This document shows, piece by piece, positions 53,765 to 64,000 of a stretch of DNA of 64,000 nt. This stretch comes from Hydrolagus colliei. Taxonomy: Eukaryota. The stretch's first letter is position 1. Every line of letters begins with the position of its first letter. The notes beneath the pieces are model-generated. The model was not told the origin of the DNA and made no database searches. It worked only from the letters and a program-made list of their open reading frames with translations. The translations under genes and the position numbers were made by a program. The stretch covers positions 6,324,001-6,388,000 of the forward strand of contig CM068748.1 of the NCBI GenBank assembly GCA_035084275.1, read 5' to 3'.

Positions 53765-53973
53765 CTCAGCTCATCATTGACTCTGAATCATTTTTTACGA
53801 GCTAAATCCATCAGAAAGGTTCTTCTGGTTGATCCCATTTTTCGTTCTACGATAAATATGTTCAGTTCTTGAAATTTTATTTTATATTCATTGTGTGAAC
53901 TAGAGTCTGCTACTTTCTTTCTTTTCATTTTGGGTAAAATCCCTGTTCCCCCCATTCTATCTGTTGAAGCCAT
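53765..53973 (-). CDS. DNTT: DNTT exon 1 (NLS + BRCT start): MASTDRMGGTGILPKMKRKKV...TFLMDLARKK*FRVNDEL(S); in-frame TGA at 53790-53788
   Basis: ORF track 53788..53973; homology continues past the stop (FRVNDELS) to donor AG|GTATGT, phase 2. Confidence 0.95.
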
Positions 53974-56403
53974 ATTCTAGATTACGTACAGTACTGTAAA
54001 TGTTTTGGTAGCTGACATCTATACTGTGCAGTTAAACAATGTCACCTGCTTTTGTATGGAACCCAGATCTACGCCTATCAGTGATGTCATCACCCTCAAT
54101 TTTCTTTTCAAACACTGTAAAACAGTGCATGAAAGGATCAAAGAATTTCTGCATGAGCAAAACAAGCCCTTTGTTTCTTTTAACCCTTTAAGAACTGCAA
54201 AAAGCATTTTAAAACCCAAACAAAGTATATAATAAGCAAATCTATTTTGTAATACTGATAGTTTGCTGAGAAGCTTTCAATCAAACACAATCTGTCTTTT
54301 TGTCTTCCTTTCTAAAAGTGATGATTTGAGCTGTTACCAGCAGTCTTCCAGTATCTCTTTCAAATAACCATATTTAAAGGTGAGTTTGGACAGTAAGCAT
54401 TTTGGAGGCTATTTGGTGAGTGAATACTCTGAAATCCATTCTCATCCAAAATCCATATGCAAGCCATTTTCCAGCACCTCTCAGTGGCAAGACCACATCA
54501 CTCATTTATTTTTCAATAATTATTAGTACTATTGTTATTATTATCCACCTTCCCAGCCAGGGGAGAATGAGATCAATTTTAGCTGTGGACCACCACTGTA
54601 CTATCTGAAAATAGGTATTGTATACGAGTGCAATAAATGTGAATTCAACCTATACTAAGTAGTTAGGATAGCTCAGTACTGTACAACATTGCTTACTAAA
54701 CACTCAGTAGGCCACAATTTGATTTTGAATCTGTAATTATATTTTACCAACAGAATTTTTCCGCTTCAGATACGTTTAATAATTGACAATAATATCAAAT
54801 TGTTATGTCTGTTATGCTATAATAAGACAATATATAACTTCACTGTATAGCCCAGTTTTGGTCATTAAATATGAATCAAATGGAATACAATCACAATTTC
54901 TCTAGAGTAAAGCATGTTAGTTTTTTCATGGTGAGTCTTTCTTGCTGCTGATTTCTAACAATCAATGTCATTTTGCATACCTTTGTCACATTGTGCTGCC
55001 GCTGTCATTTTGAACTGAAGTTTCTCATCAGGAATTAAATGTAGCTGGTGTTGAAGAAATCCAGTCAATGGTATTTGATGGATATGAAGATGAAATCATT
55101 AGTAGCATAGTAAACTGCATTAATGTGTAATTGCTTTCAGCTTTCAGTTGATGGAGAATGGGGAGTCTTGTCTTTTGTTTATTCCTGCTATAATTGTTTT
55201 TGCAGGGTGAGCTATTATGGCATGAGTTGGCAACATAAGATCATACAGAGAAATCCTGCTAAGTAGTGATTAACAGCAGTTAATGTTTAACTGTAAATTA
55301 GAAATTTTAAATGGAAGTGGATTCGCATTTAATTCTGCAGCATTGCAAACGCACTGCCTGGGGAAACAGCTTCCTTAAAAGTAAGGTGTCTCAAATAGCC
55401 AAGAAATACAATATTGTTTTTTAGGTAACAATGCAGGAAAAAAAAGTACACACCAAAGCTTGCCCGCAACAAGCTTGTTAATTTAGGTGTGACAGTATTA
55501 TCTACTGTTTGTTTCCAGGGTTGAAGATTTTTTTGTGTGTTGTGCAAAGTATTCCAATACATTGACAAAAATGCCAGCATGTGATATCATCACGAGGTAA
55601 ATAGCCCCCAGTTGGGTGTGGTTTGTGATTAATACAGTAGACTGTCAGCCCTGTGAAGGTCTCGAGAGTGTGGACGTGTGTGGACAGATTTTGTGACACA
55701 GAAGCAAGAATTGCTGGTAGCTGAGCCAGGTTTCAAGTTCTTCTTGCAAGTTCCTTAAATGAGCCAAAACGTTTCTCGGTGTAGTTTCCTAATTTACAAT
55801 GTTTTATTGTGAGAGCTTACAATTTCGGGCAGTGAAAAACTTGAGGGTTTTTTTTTAAAAAAAGTCCCATTATTTTACAATTGACATCCCACCTCCCTCC
55901 CTCTCGACCTGGCAAAATGCCACAAACCACAGGCAATGCTGAGGTCAAACAAGACTGAGAATTGATTCCCTGCAATATTATTAGTGGAATCAGCAACTGA
56001 CAGTTGGGTAACTTGGGTCGGTTCATTTCAAGACAGTTGCAAACTTGCGCGGGGGGCGGGTGGGGGGGGTGTGGGGTGGGGGGAGCAAATATTTCGTTTG
56101 CAAAACTTGCTTGTCAATCCTAACCAAACCTGCTTGAAGCAAACTGATTGATTGTGCAACCAAAGTAGTAGCAGACGTGGAGAAGCATTGTGTGCAAATG
56201 CACACGCAATGATCCGGCTCTCTTGCAAGCTCGCAAACTTCCGCCTTTACGAAGGGAAAGTAATGCTGTAATACACACCCACACACATACATACACACAC
56301 CCACACACAGTCCTGTATATTACTCATCGGGATTGAAGTGTAAAGAGCGATCAAACGCTGGAAGAAACAGGTGCGTTTGAGAAGCTCTGGCAGGCTCTTC
56401 ACA
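53974..56403. promoter_or_regulatory. Divergent intergenic/promoter region between DNTT and BLNK
   Basis: 2430 bp between the two ATGs; no recognisable SINE/LINE. E-boxes at 54043 and 56368, RUNX-like sites at 55617 and 55924, ETS site at 56237, GC-box/G-runs 56051-56083, CA repeats. Confidence 0.65.
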
Positions 56404-56478
56404 ATGACTACAAAGCTCCCAACTCGAGAGGAGTGTGAAGGTTGGTCAGTGGAAGAGCTGAAAAAATACCTGTGGCAG
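56404..56478 (+). CDS. BLNK: SLP-76-family adaptor, coding exon 1 (SAM start): MTTKLPTREECEGWSVEELKKYLWQ; probably BLNK
   Basis: ACAATGA start context, donor CAG|GTAGGA, 75 nt. The P.R.E..GW....L..Y pattern matches the SLP-76-type SAM N-terminus. Symbol rests on head-to-head synteny with DNTT. Confidence 0.8.
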
Positions 56479-57076
56479 GTAGGACGAGGATTTGTGTTGT
56501 TTTTAATAATAACTTTAGTAAACTGGCTGGTCAGTTTCATGCAGACAAAAGTGTGAAACGTTTTACAAACTGGAGCACTGCTTAAAGGTATCTTAACAGG
56601 ATGAACCCCACCCACCCAACCAACCCATCAATCAATCAATCAATGCTCCCAAAAATATCCCTTCAAAACAGAGTGAATGTTGGAACAGATCTCTTTTCTT
56701 TTTGGAAAATGTCTTTGAAACTATTCCAGGAAGGAGTCAAACAAGTTGCAGTTTGACCTGTGAAGTCATTAAGGTGGGGAGTGTGTTTGTTGTAGTAATG
56801 AGAATCAAGCTTGTTGCTGGGTAAATGCAAAACTCTAAATCACTAACTTTTTAAAAAAACCATGACTTGTTTCTCTGCCTAAAGCACTTCTATTCATTAT
56901 GTTAACCCTGCTGCTACTCTAATGTTTCGCTGTGGCGCTCCTAAGTTTTGTTTGTGACAATGAATAGAAATCGCTGTGATTTTGTATTTTATATGGCCCT
57001 TGATAAAGAAGTTTGGCTTAAAGGGCCAACTGATTGCTGGAAACTAAATATGTTGTTGTTTATGCTTTGCACACAG

Positions 57077-57139
57077 AACAACATGCAAAACTCTGCAAAT
57101 ATGGTGAAGAAACACAAAATAAATGGCCATATGTTGTTG
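57077..57139 (+). CDS. BLNK: SLP-76-family adaptor, coding exon 2 (SAM): NNMQNSANMVKKHKINGHMLL
   Basis: TTTGCACACAG| acceptor, TTG|GTAAGT donor, 63 nt, phase 0-0; VKK.KI.G..LL SAM pattern. Confidence 0.82.
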
Positions 57140-59665
57140 GTAAGTCAATTGACTCTGTATGTTTAATGCTAACTTGAGTTTCTTCCTTCTTTGTAACTTA
57201 AGTCACTGTATCTTAAGTCGCATACACTAGACCTGTACTTTTAAGACAACATGAGTGAGATTTTTTTTTAAACATGGCTCTAAAGGGTAATAATTAACTC
57301 GGGTCAATATAAACACAGTCTATTGATTTTGGTGAGAGAGGATTTATTTTTGTGGAGATATGATTCGAGTTGAGTTCAAATGCCTCCAAAAAGCGCAATC
57401 TTAATCTTTTGACAATAGCTACACGTGTGTGGTTGTGGGGGTGGTGAGGGGGGATGGGAGGAAACATTAAAAACACTATTGATATGTGGATGAAAGTGTA
57501 TAAGAGTGCAACTTGGGGTATCATTTCATTTGGAGTGCTGCACTTCTCTCTTCTCCCCCACCACCTTCCCTTCAAACAAAAAGTCTATTCATTATTGATT
57601 ATACAAACATGTCCAAAGTGAACTACCAAGCTCAGAACACTTGGCAGTATCAAATCACAGAAAGCCTCGTTTTGCCCATTGACTAGAGATTAAGGACATA
57701 CTGGACAGGTATGAGAAAAGCAACTGTACCCATATTTGTTGTGTGAATGACAAATGCTCTTCAACTTTCAAATATGCCAAGGTTGAGGCAAAATAGGTTC
57801 AGGGTTTTGAAAGGCATACCTGCATGATCAGGAAAAAATTCTAAGAATAAACTAGTGTAGTTTACTGGATTGAGCAACCAGGAAGTGCAGTGCAGGCCAG
57901 GACAAAACACTGGAATCAAAATTCACAAAACAACTGTGCTGCTACTGCTCTGCCCAATTGACTGACACGTTTCACCCTCAAAATACATCATCACTTAACT
58001 TCACAATACATTCTGTGAAGTGCTTTGAGATGTCTCAATCATGGCATAGAATGAATATTCTGGTCGGATGAGATAAATGGTCTAAAGGGCCTTCTCTGAA
58101 ACTTGTGATCTTCTTATGATCATGGTCTACTTGCTTAAGTAACTGTTGACTTTATTTTTCTCCCTTTAGTATTTCTATAGTTTATCCTGTCCTTCACCCT
58201 CCTGTCTTGTTTGATGTTTCTTTGAGACGTCTAGAAGACATAAAAAGCGCTATATCAAATGCTAGAGAGTGGGTGATGCTATTGCCTCCTATAGGAAAAT
58301 GCAAGAAAGTACTTGCAAGCCTCTAGAAATCATTCTATTGTCTTTTCTATTCAATCAACTGAGACATGTATCAAGCTTTATTCAGTATCTTTCTGCTTGA
58401 CACAAGGCAACCATCTCTATCCACATCCTCAATATGTTTTGTCTGAAAAGATTTATTAACTGGCCTTCTAAAAAAGGATGTATCACTTTGGCTTCTCAGA
58501 AGTTAACAGTCTGCTTTTTTGTAATTGATGACTGAAAACGTTTTGCATAAATAGAAATAAAACTTGGGGATTTCCCCTCAACAAAATATCTCAAAAGGTT
58601 TGCACTTGCCAAACTTGGCACTTATTAATGCTGCAGTACAATCGTAAATACAACGGATGTGCTGCAAAGATTCTGAAAATCTTAAAGCCAACAAACATCT
58701 GTACTATTTAAGGATTGTACTGTGGCCATAAATTAACGTGAAATATCAAAATTACATAGAAAATTGAAATAAATTGTCTTTTTCTCAATGCCCCAGAGTT
58801 GAATACAGTGCCTAAATATGATTTTCAAACTTTAGGACATTCATCTTGGAAGTGTTTCGATGGAGTGGAATGTTTAGAAGCTTGCAAGTATCTGAGCTTT
58901 CATAACCATTTTTTACTTTTCATTTGAATAGTGATTTAATTTTAGAAATACAAATGTGGGGAGGACATCTGTTGGCAATGATTTCAAGCAGTATATTGCC
59001 TCCTCAGCATAAATTGTTAATATGCTGTTCCTGTTTAGTCGGCATTACTCAATGTATTTTTAAACAGGCTGACGTTTGTTTGAATACAATTACATTTATA
59101 ATTATTGGTCTGAACAGTGATATTTTTCAAATTTGTCTTGAACTAAGTATCAGTTATTGAAAACTACAAAGTTTAGATAGCCTATCTCTGAAGTGGGTGG
59201 AGCTTATGTGTGCACAAATGCAGATCTTATAGCAACTGAAAGACAAGAAATTACAACACATGCACACATACATACATACATAGTATATATCATGCATTCA
59301 CATATGTTACATGAAAGTACAAACTGCTAATGACTCATTACTTATATCCCCAGAAGTCACCACCTTAAAAAGGAGGTTCTGCTTTTAGGATATTATCTTT
59401 TACGTTGTGAAGTGGAAGGTCTTAAGCTATAAGGAACTATGTGCACAGGAAGTGTACAAAATATTGCTCATCTAAATTTTTAAATAAAGAAATAAGGCAT
59501 CAAAATCCAATTTGGATCAATTGGGGTTTTATATATTGCACAATTATGTGTACTGTATTATTTATGCATTTTATCTGTAGTATTCTGATGGGAGGATGGG
59601 TATTCTGGAAGGTTGAGATCAGATGGGCCAAAGAGGCTACTTTATCTGAGCAGATCTTATGATAT

Positions 59666-59915
59666 ACAGAGGTGCAGTCATTTAAATGAGACTTTAAACC
59701 GAGGTCTGGTCTGCCTGTTCAGGTGGACATTAAAGATCTCATGGCACTAATTCACACATTCAATCCAACTTCAAAAATAAGGGAATTTCCTCCCAGTGTG
59801 TTATTGCATGATTGTTTCTGTGTTTGTCTGAAAACGCATAGCAAAATTGGGTGAAATGCTTAGACATTTTGAGGACGTGATAAGATGTTCCATCAAATGC
59901 AAGAATTATTATTTT
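59666..59915 (+). mobile_element. DeuSINE-like core and tail
   Basis: GAGGTGCAGTCATTTAAATGAGACTTTAAACCGAGG...CAGGTGGACATTAAAGATCTCATGGCACTA, ending in an L2-type tail. A related head lies at about 43975-44100(-). Confidence 0.7.
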
Positions 59916-61093
59916 GTAGTGGAGATGCTCACTGCAGGTATGCCTACCCTGGTGACATCAGTTTGTACTCTGGAATAGTAGAGCTAAAGGAAATGTATTG
60001 TTTCCCTCGGTACAGACTTCAAATACTATTTTACTCTGAGGGGCAAACTTCTCAATGCATCTATTGAATGCATTTAAGGACAAACAGTGTCCAACTTCCT
60101 TGTCCTAGAATGAATTACCTTTTTTTTCTTCAATTATTGTTGTATCCATTGGGCAAATTGCTTCCTTAATGTGGTTCTGTATTCTTATCCAGATTGTGCG
60201 ATTTTTTTTTCACTGCCTTTTTGGGAGAGTTTAAAAAGTAAAGTAGTTGAAACCTAACTTTTGCCATTACTATTCAACAGAATTTTGTTTTAATACCAAA
60301 GAATTTTCTTTAGTTGATTTCAAATGTTAGACACCACTTCCTCTACTGTGGGAAAATTGCAGCTTTGTACAGAAAATTGCAGCTGTGTACAGGGTGACCA
60401 AAACGTTGTGTAAACTACCCTATTATCTAAAATATATACATATATAATCATTTTCTTTAAGTGCCTTGGGACATCCTCCTGACTTGATAGGCACTATGCA
60501 AATCTAATGTTGTTGTTGTTGTAAGGCTTATTAAACATTGTAATGGTATCATGATTTTTTTGGTTACGCACAAAGACGGCAACTAATTTAAATTATTCCC
60601 AGTTAATTTACCGGTAGTTCATAAAATTTCAGTAGATTTGACACAAGAGTCAGTTTGGGCAGAAATAAAAAATTACCTTTTCTTCTTGTGATTGCTCAGT
60701 GGAAATTCAATCCTTTAGTATTAATAATCCTTACAGCAAATAATCATATTCATACTTGTGTATTCTTCTTGCACATTTCTTTCTATTTTTCTTCCTTATT
60801 TCCTCTCGAAAGGCCTTTCTAATTTTGGCTACATATAATTCCAGTGAAAAAAATATGTTTCGTGACTGACATTAATACTTGCTGATCTGCTGACTGAAAC
60901 ACTATAGATGCAACGTGGTCAGTTGTGCCAATTTGCTTTTTCTCAGAGTCAAGTAAAGCAATTCCCTTTCGCAAGCTAGAGATTTAACAAGAATTGCTAA
61001 AAAAAATCTTCTGCCATTGGAATAACTTTGATCGGCGGGCAGCTTTAAATATATAATAATATATAATAATATAATAATATAGATAGTTTATAG

Positions 61094-61513
61094 TAGGGTC
61101 TGGCGATATATCGATTTATCGGTTGTATCCGATATAATTTTCATATCGATATGTTGATATCGGAATTAAAAATATAACGATATATCCAAAAATTCGATAT
61201 GTAAAAAAAAATCGATATATCGCAAATATCGATATATCGTGTCCGGCGATATATCGATATATCGGTATACATCAGTATAATGCAGACTTTTTCAACTTAC
61301 CTTGTCGATATCCGAATGCGCGCACACACCAGAATGCGCGCGCATGTGCAGGACAAAAGAAACCCACGATATCGATATATCGATATATACCGATATATTA
61401 GTATATATCGACATATTGGTATATTGATATCGGTGATATCGATATATCGGTATATATTGATATGGGCAAACCAATATAACGATATCGGAAAATTTCGATA
61501 TTGACGGACCATA
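61094..61513. mobile_element. hAT MITE rich in ATCG/CGAT repeats
   Basis: Perfect 8-bp TSD GTTTATAG (61086-93, 61514-21); TIR TAGGGTCTGGCGATAT matches the right end at 12/16; interior made of GATATC/ATCGAT palindromes. Confidence 0.88.
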
Positions 61514-61814
61514 GTTTATAGCTGTAATATAATAATATTATTATAGCTTTAAACTATCTAAACCACTACCCTTACTGCCATTTTCATGGAAATCCATAGC
61601 GCAGATTAGGGTTAGGCAGTGCACCTGAATGGAAAGCCACACCACAACATTGCTTTGAGAAGGTGGTTATGGCATCACAAATTTTGTTCTGTCCCAGTAT
61701 TAACTGAAGTCCCAAATTGAAAAATGGTCCATTAATAGCTCTCGAGTTAAACTTGTATTCCTTGAGTTGGCACAGAAATAGAGTACGCTACTGGGATCTC
61801 CATTGCTGCAGCAC

Positions 61815-61966
61815 CAAATGTTCTATCAACAACCTAATTCTCTCCCACTCCCTCCCCCCCACCCTGCTCCTCTCCCATGCTCGGATTCCACCTGATTGTT
61901 CAGCGCCTTGGGATGTCCTTCCGACGTGAAAAGCGTTCTATAAAGTAATGTTGTTGTTGTTGTTGC
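61815..61966 (+). mobile_element. L2 3' UTR and tail
   Basis: TGTTCAGCGCCTTGGGATGTCCTTCCGACGTGAAAAGCGTTCTATAAA followed by (TTG)n. Confidence 0.8.
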
Positions 61967-63755
61967 TGGGCTTTGGATGAAATCATTTGAATGAAGTTGA
62001 AGGTAGGGTATTAAGAATAGGGGAGTTCCCACTCCCCTTTCCATTGATGTTATGAAATGGCAGTCTTACAGAAATAGAACGTTGCAAGGATGTAATGTAT
62101 TGGACGTCGCAGTTTTCACTCTATCTACCGTTAGAGGGCACTATAACCAAAAGGAGAAGATTTAACACCCTTTTTTTCTCTTGCTACCCAAATAAGAACA
62201 ACTGCATTAAGTTGAAGCTACGGTTTTGTTCAGCAGTAAAACAAAGAGAAGGGGAAGCCTTGGTGGAGTGCGCAGAGGCAAGCAACCTTTGCCACAAGGG
62301 GCCAAGTTTGTTATGTTGTTTAACATGACAACAACATTATTCCGCTACTGTGAAGCCTTCCGGGATGCTACCCTGCACTATATAAATGCAAGTTGTTGTT
62401 GCTGTGTCTCTTATTTCTGTGACGGGTTAGATTGTTTCTGAGATAAGTGCAAATATATGTCTACCAATAAATATATATTTTGTTTATTAAAAAATACAGG
62501 CATTTTGTTTTAGACGTATTCTTTCATAGGTATTCCTTGTAGGTTTAAAAAGTACAATTTCCTTTTAACTGTTATGAATTTTGTTTCTACAAAACTCAAG
62601 CAAAGTACAGTATCTCATTTGGTTACCTCCATAAATGATGCACAAGTCTCAGAAGGGAGGCAAAGTAGAATATTTTTTGTGTTTTTGAAAACCTAAACAT
62701 TTTAAGTTTAATTTTTTTTAAATGTTGAATAGAAATGGCTTTATAATTTAGAGAAAACATTCTCTTTCAATAGTCTTTAAAAACCTGCATATGTTTCTGA
62801 AGATTTTGCTTTTACATTCCAGTGTAGATATAAACAATTAGGACTCTCCCCGTGTACACTATCAGGAGAATATTATAACAAGAACATGTGAGATTCTATC
62901 TCCATTACGATGTTCAGAAAGAAATTGCTAAGTTGCTAATATCTGCCTACTTCCCCATACATTTTATGCTTTTATTGCCAGCCATTGTGCAGTGTTTTGG
63001 AAATCCAACATTACCAGTAGGCATTACCCCAAATAAATTTCCTGTAAATTACAAAATGGTACCTAATTTTCCATTGTGGAGGAAATGCCGAAAAACAAAT
63101 GCTGGCATCTACACCCAACATTGGAAATACATAAAAAGGTGAAGGTTTTCAGTTTGGCCTCTTGTCATGCCTCTCCTGGTAACTGCCTGCCATTGTGGGA
63201 TATCAGGCAAAGTGCATCTTTTAAAGTGACATATTCAGTCAGATGAACTATACACCCCTTTTCTCCAGTGCTCATGTAAAAAAAGATGAAAGAAATCCTT
63301 GCGAATGCTCAAATTAATCTATTTAAATGAAGGGTAACAATTTTTTTTCTGTTTCTTTGATTTAAAAGACTGCTTGCGATGCTGCTGATCATTGAAGGTT
63401 TTCACTGCTTCAGCATTATGCGGGTAATGTCTTTAGAGCAAGGCTATCTGGATGTAATGTCTCACAGAGACGTTAGTGGCAGTGTAGATGTGCAGTGCAC
63501 AGGAAATAATGTGAGCATTGACTTGAATCGGATGGGCTGAAGGGCCTTCTTTATCCAAAGCAATGTTGTGATTATTTCCGTGTACTGTACTGCTCTATTA
63601 CAACAACAACAAATTACATTTATAGAGCGCCTTTCACGTCGGGAGGATGTCCCAAGGCACAGTATACAGTGTACAGTACTTCAACATAACTTTCGGCTAT
63701 GTTCTTATGTTGCTGACAGTGGAAAACTCTGAAGATGGCGCTGTTCTGTCATCAA

Positions 63756-64000
63756 GAGGAATAAAAAAGGTGCAGTTACACTGTTAGGGGTATACTATAG
63801 ACCACCAAATAGTGGGGAGGAGATAGACAAGCAGATCTGCAAGCGTATCACGGAGAAATGCAGAGCTAATAGAGTAGTGATAATGGGTGACTTCAACTAT
63901 CCCAACATAGACTGGCAGAATAGTAGAGTAAAGGGCAAGGAGGGAGAAGAATTCCTGAAGTGTGTGCAGGACAACTTTCTTGATCAGTATGTTTCCAGTC
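63756..64000 (+). mobile_element. CR1 LINE ORF2 endonuclease fragment, 5'-truncated, runs off the window
   Basis: Stop-free RNKKGAVTLLGVYYRPPNSGEE...VVIMGDFNYPNIDW...EFLKCVQDNFLDQYV; APE endonuclease motifs YRPP and GDFN. Confidence 0.93.

Noticed and set aside
53788-53790. TGA as selenocysteine or programmed readthrough
   Set aside because: The homologous residue is Gly, not Cys; no UGA-CUAG context; the 3' UTR needed to look for a SECIS is outside the window.
60352-60392. Small tandem duplications (also 20348-20400, 22419-22441, 44685-44711)
   Set aside because: Ordinary slippage products; far too few units for an array, and CRISPR is not applicable to this vertebrate DNA.
63369-63423. 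Candidate third BLNK SAM exon (TACDAADH*RFSLLQHYA) with a good acceptor and a GTAATG donor
   Set aside because: In-frame TGA, 55 nt ending in phase 1 (a roughly 47-nt phase-2 exon is expected), and only faint similarity; the real exon 3 is probably beyond the window.

Overview
AT-rich vertebrate genomic DNA, almost certainly from a cartilaginous fish (inferred from the TdT protein and the repeat families; species not determinable here). The - strand carries exons 1-9 of DNTT (terminal deoxynucleotidyl transferase) from 53973 to 4742; exons 10-11 were not found and presumably lie left of the window. All nine exons have canonical GT-AG boundaries with compatible phases and an intact GHDVD catalytic motif. 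However, exon 1 has an in-frame TGA at codon 62, where TdTs have the Gly of RKK-G-FRV. About 2.4 kb away, head-to-head, the + strand starts an SLP-76-family adaptor with two SAM-domain exons (56404-56478, 57077-57139), assigned to BLNK by synteny. Introns are dense with a tRNA-derived SINE, L2 and CR1 LINE fragments, DeuSINE-like relics and three DNA-transposon MITEs (one Tc2-like, two hAT). They also hold a minimal hammerhead-ribozyme-like motif and several hairpin or inverted-repeat structures. There is one 128-N assembly gap. Repeat family names and homolog comparisons come from recalled consensus sequences, not database searches; most repeat boundaries are approximate.
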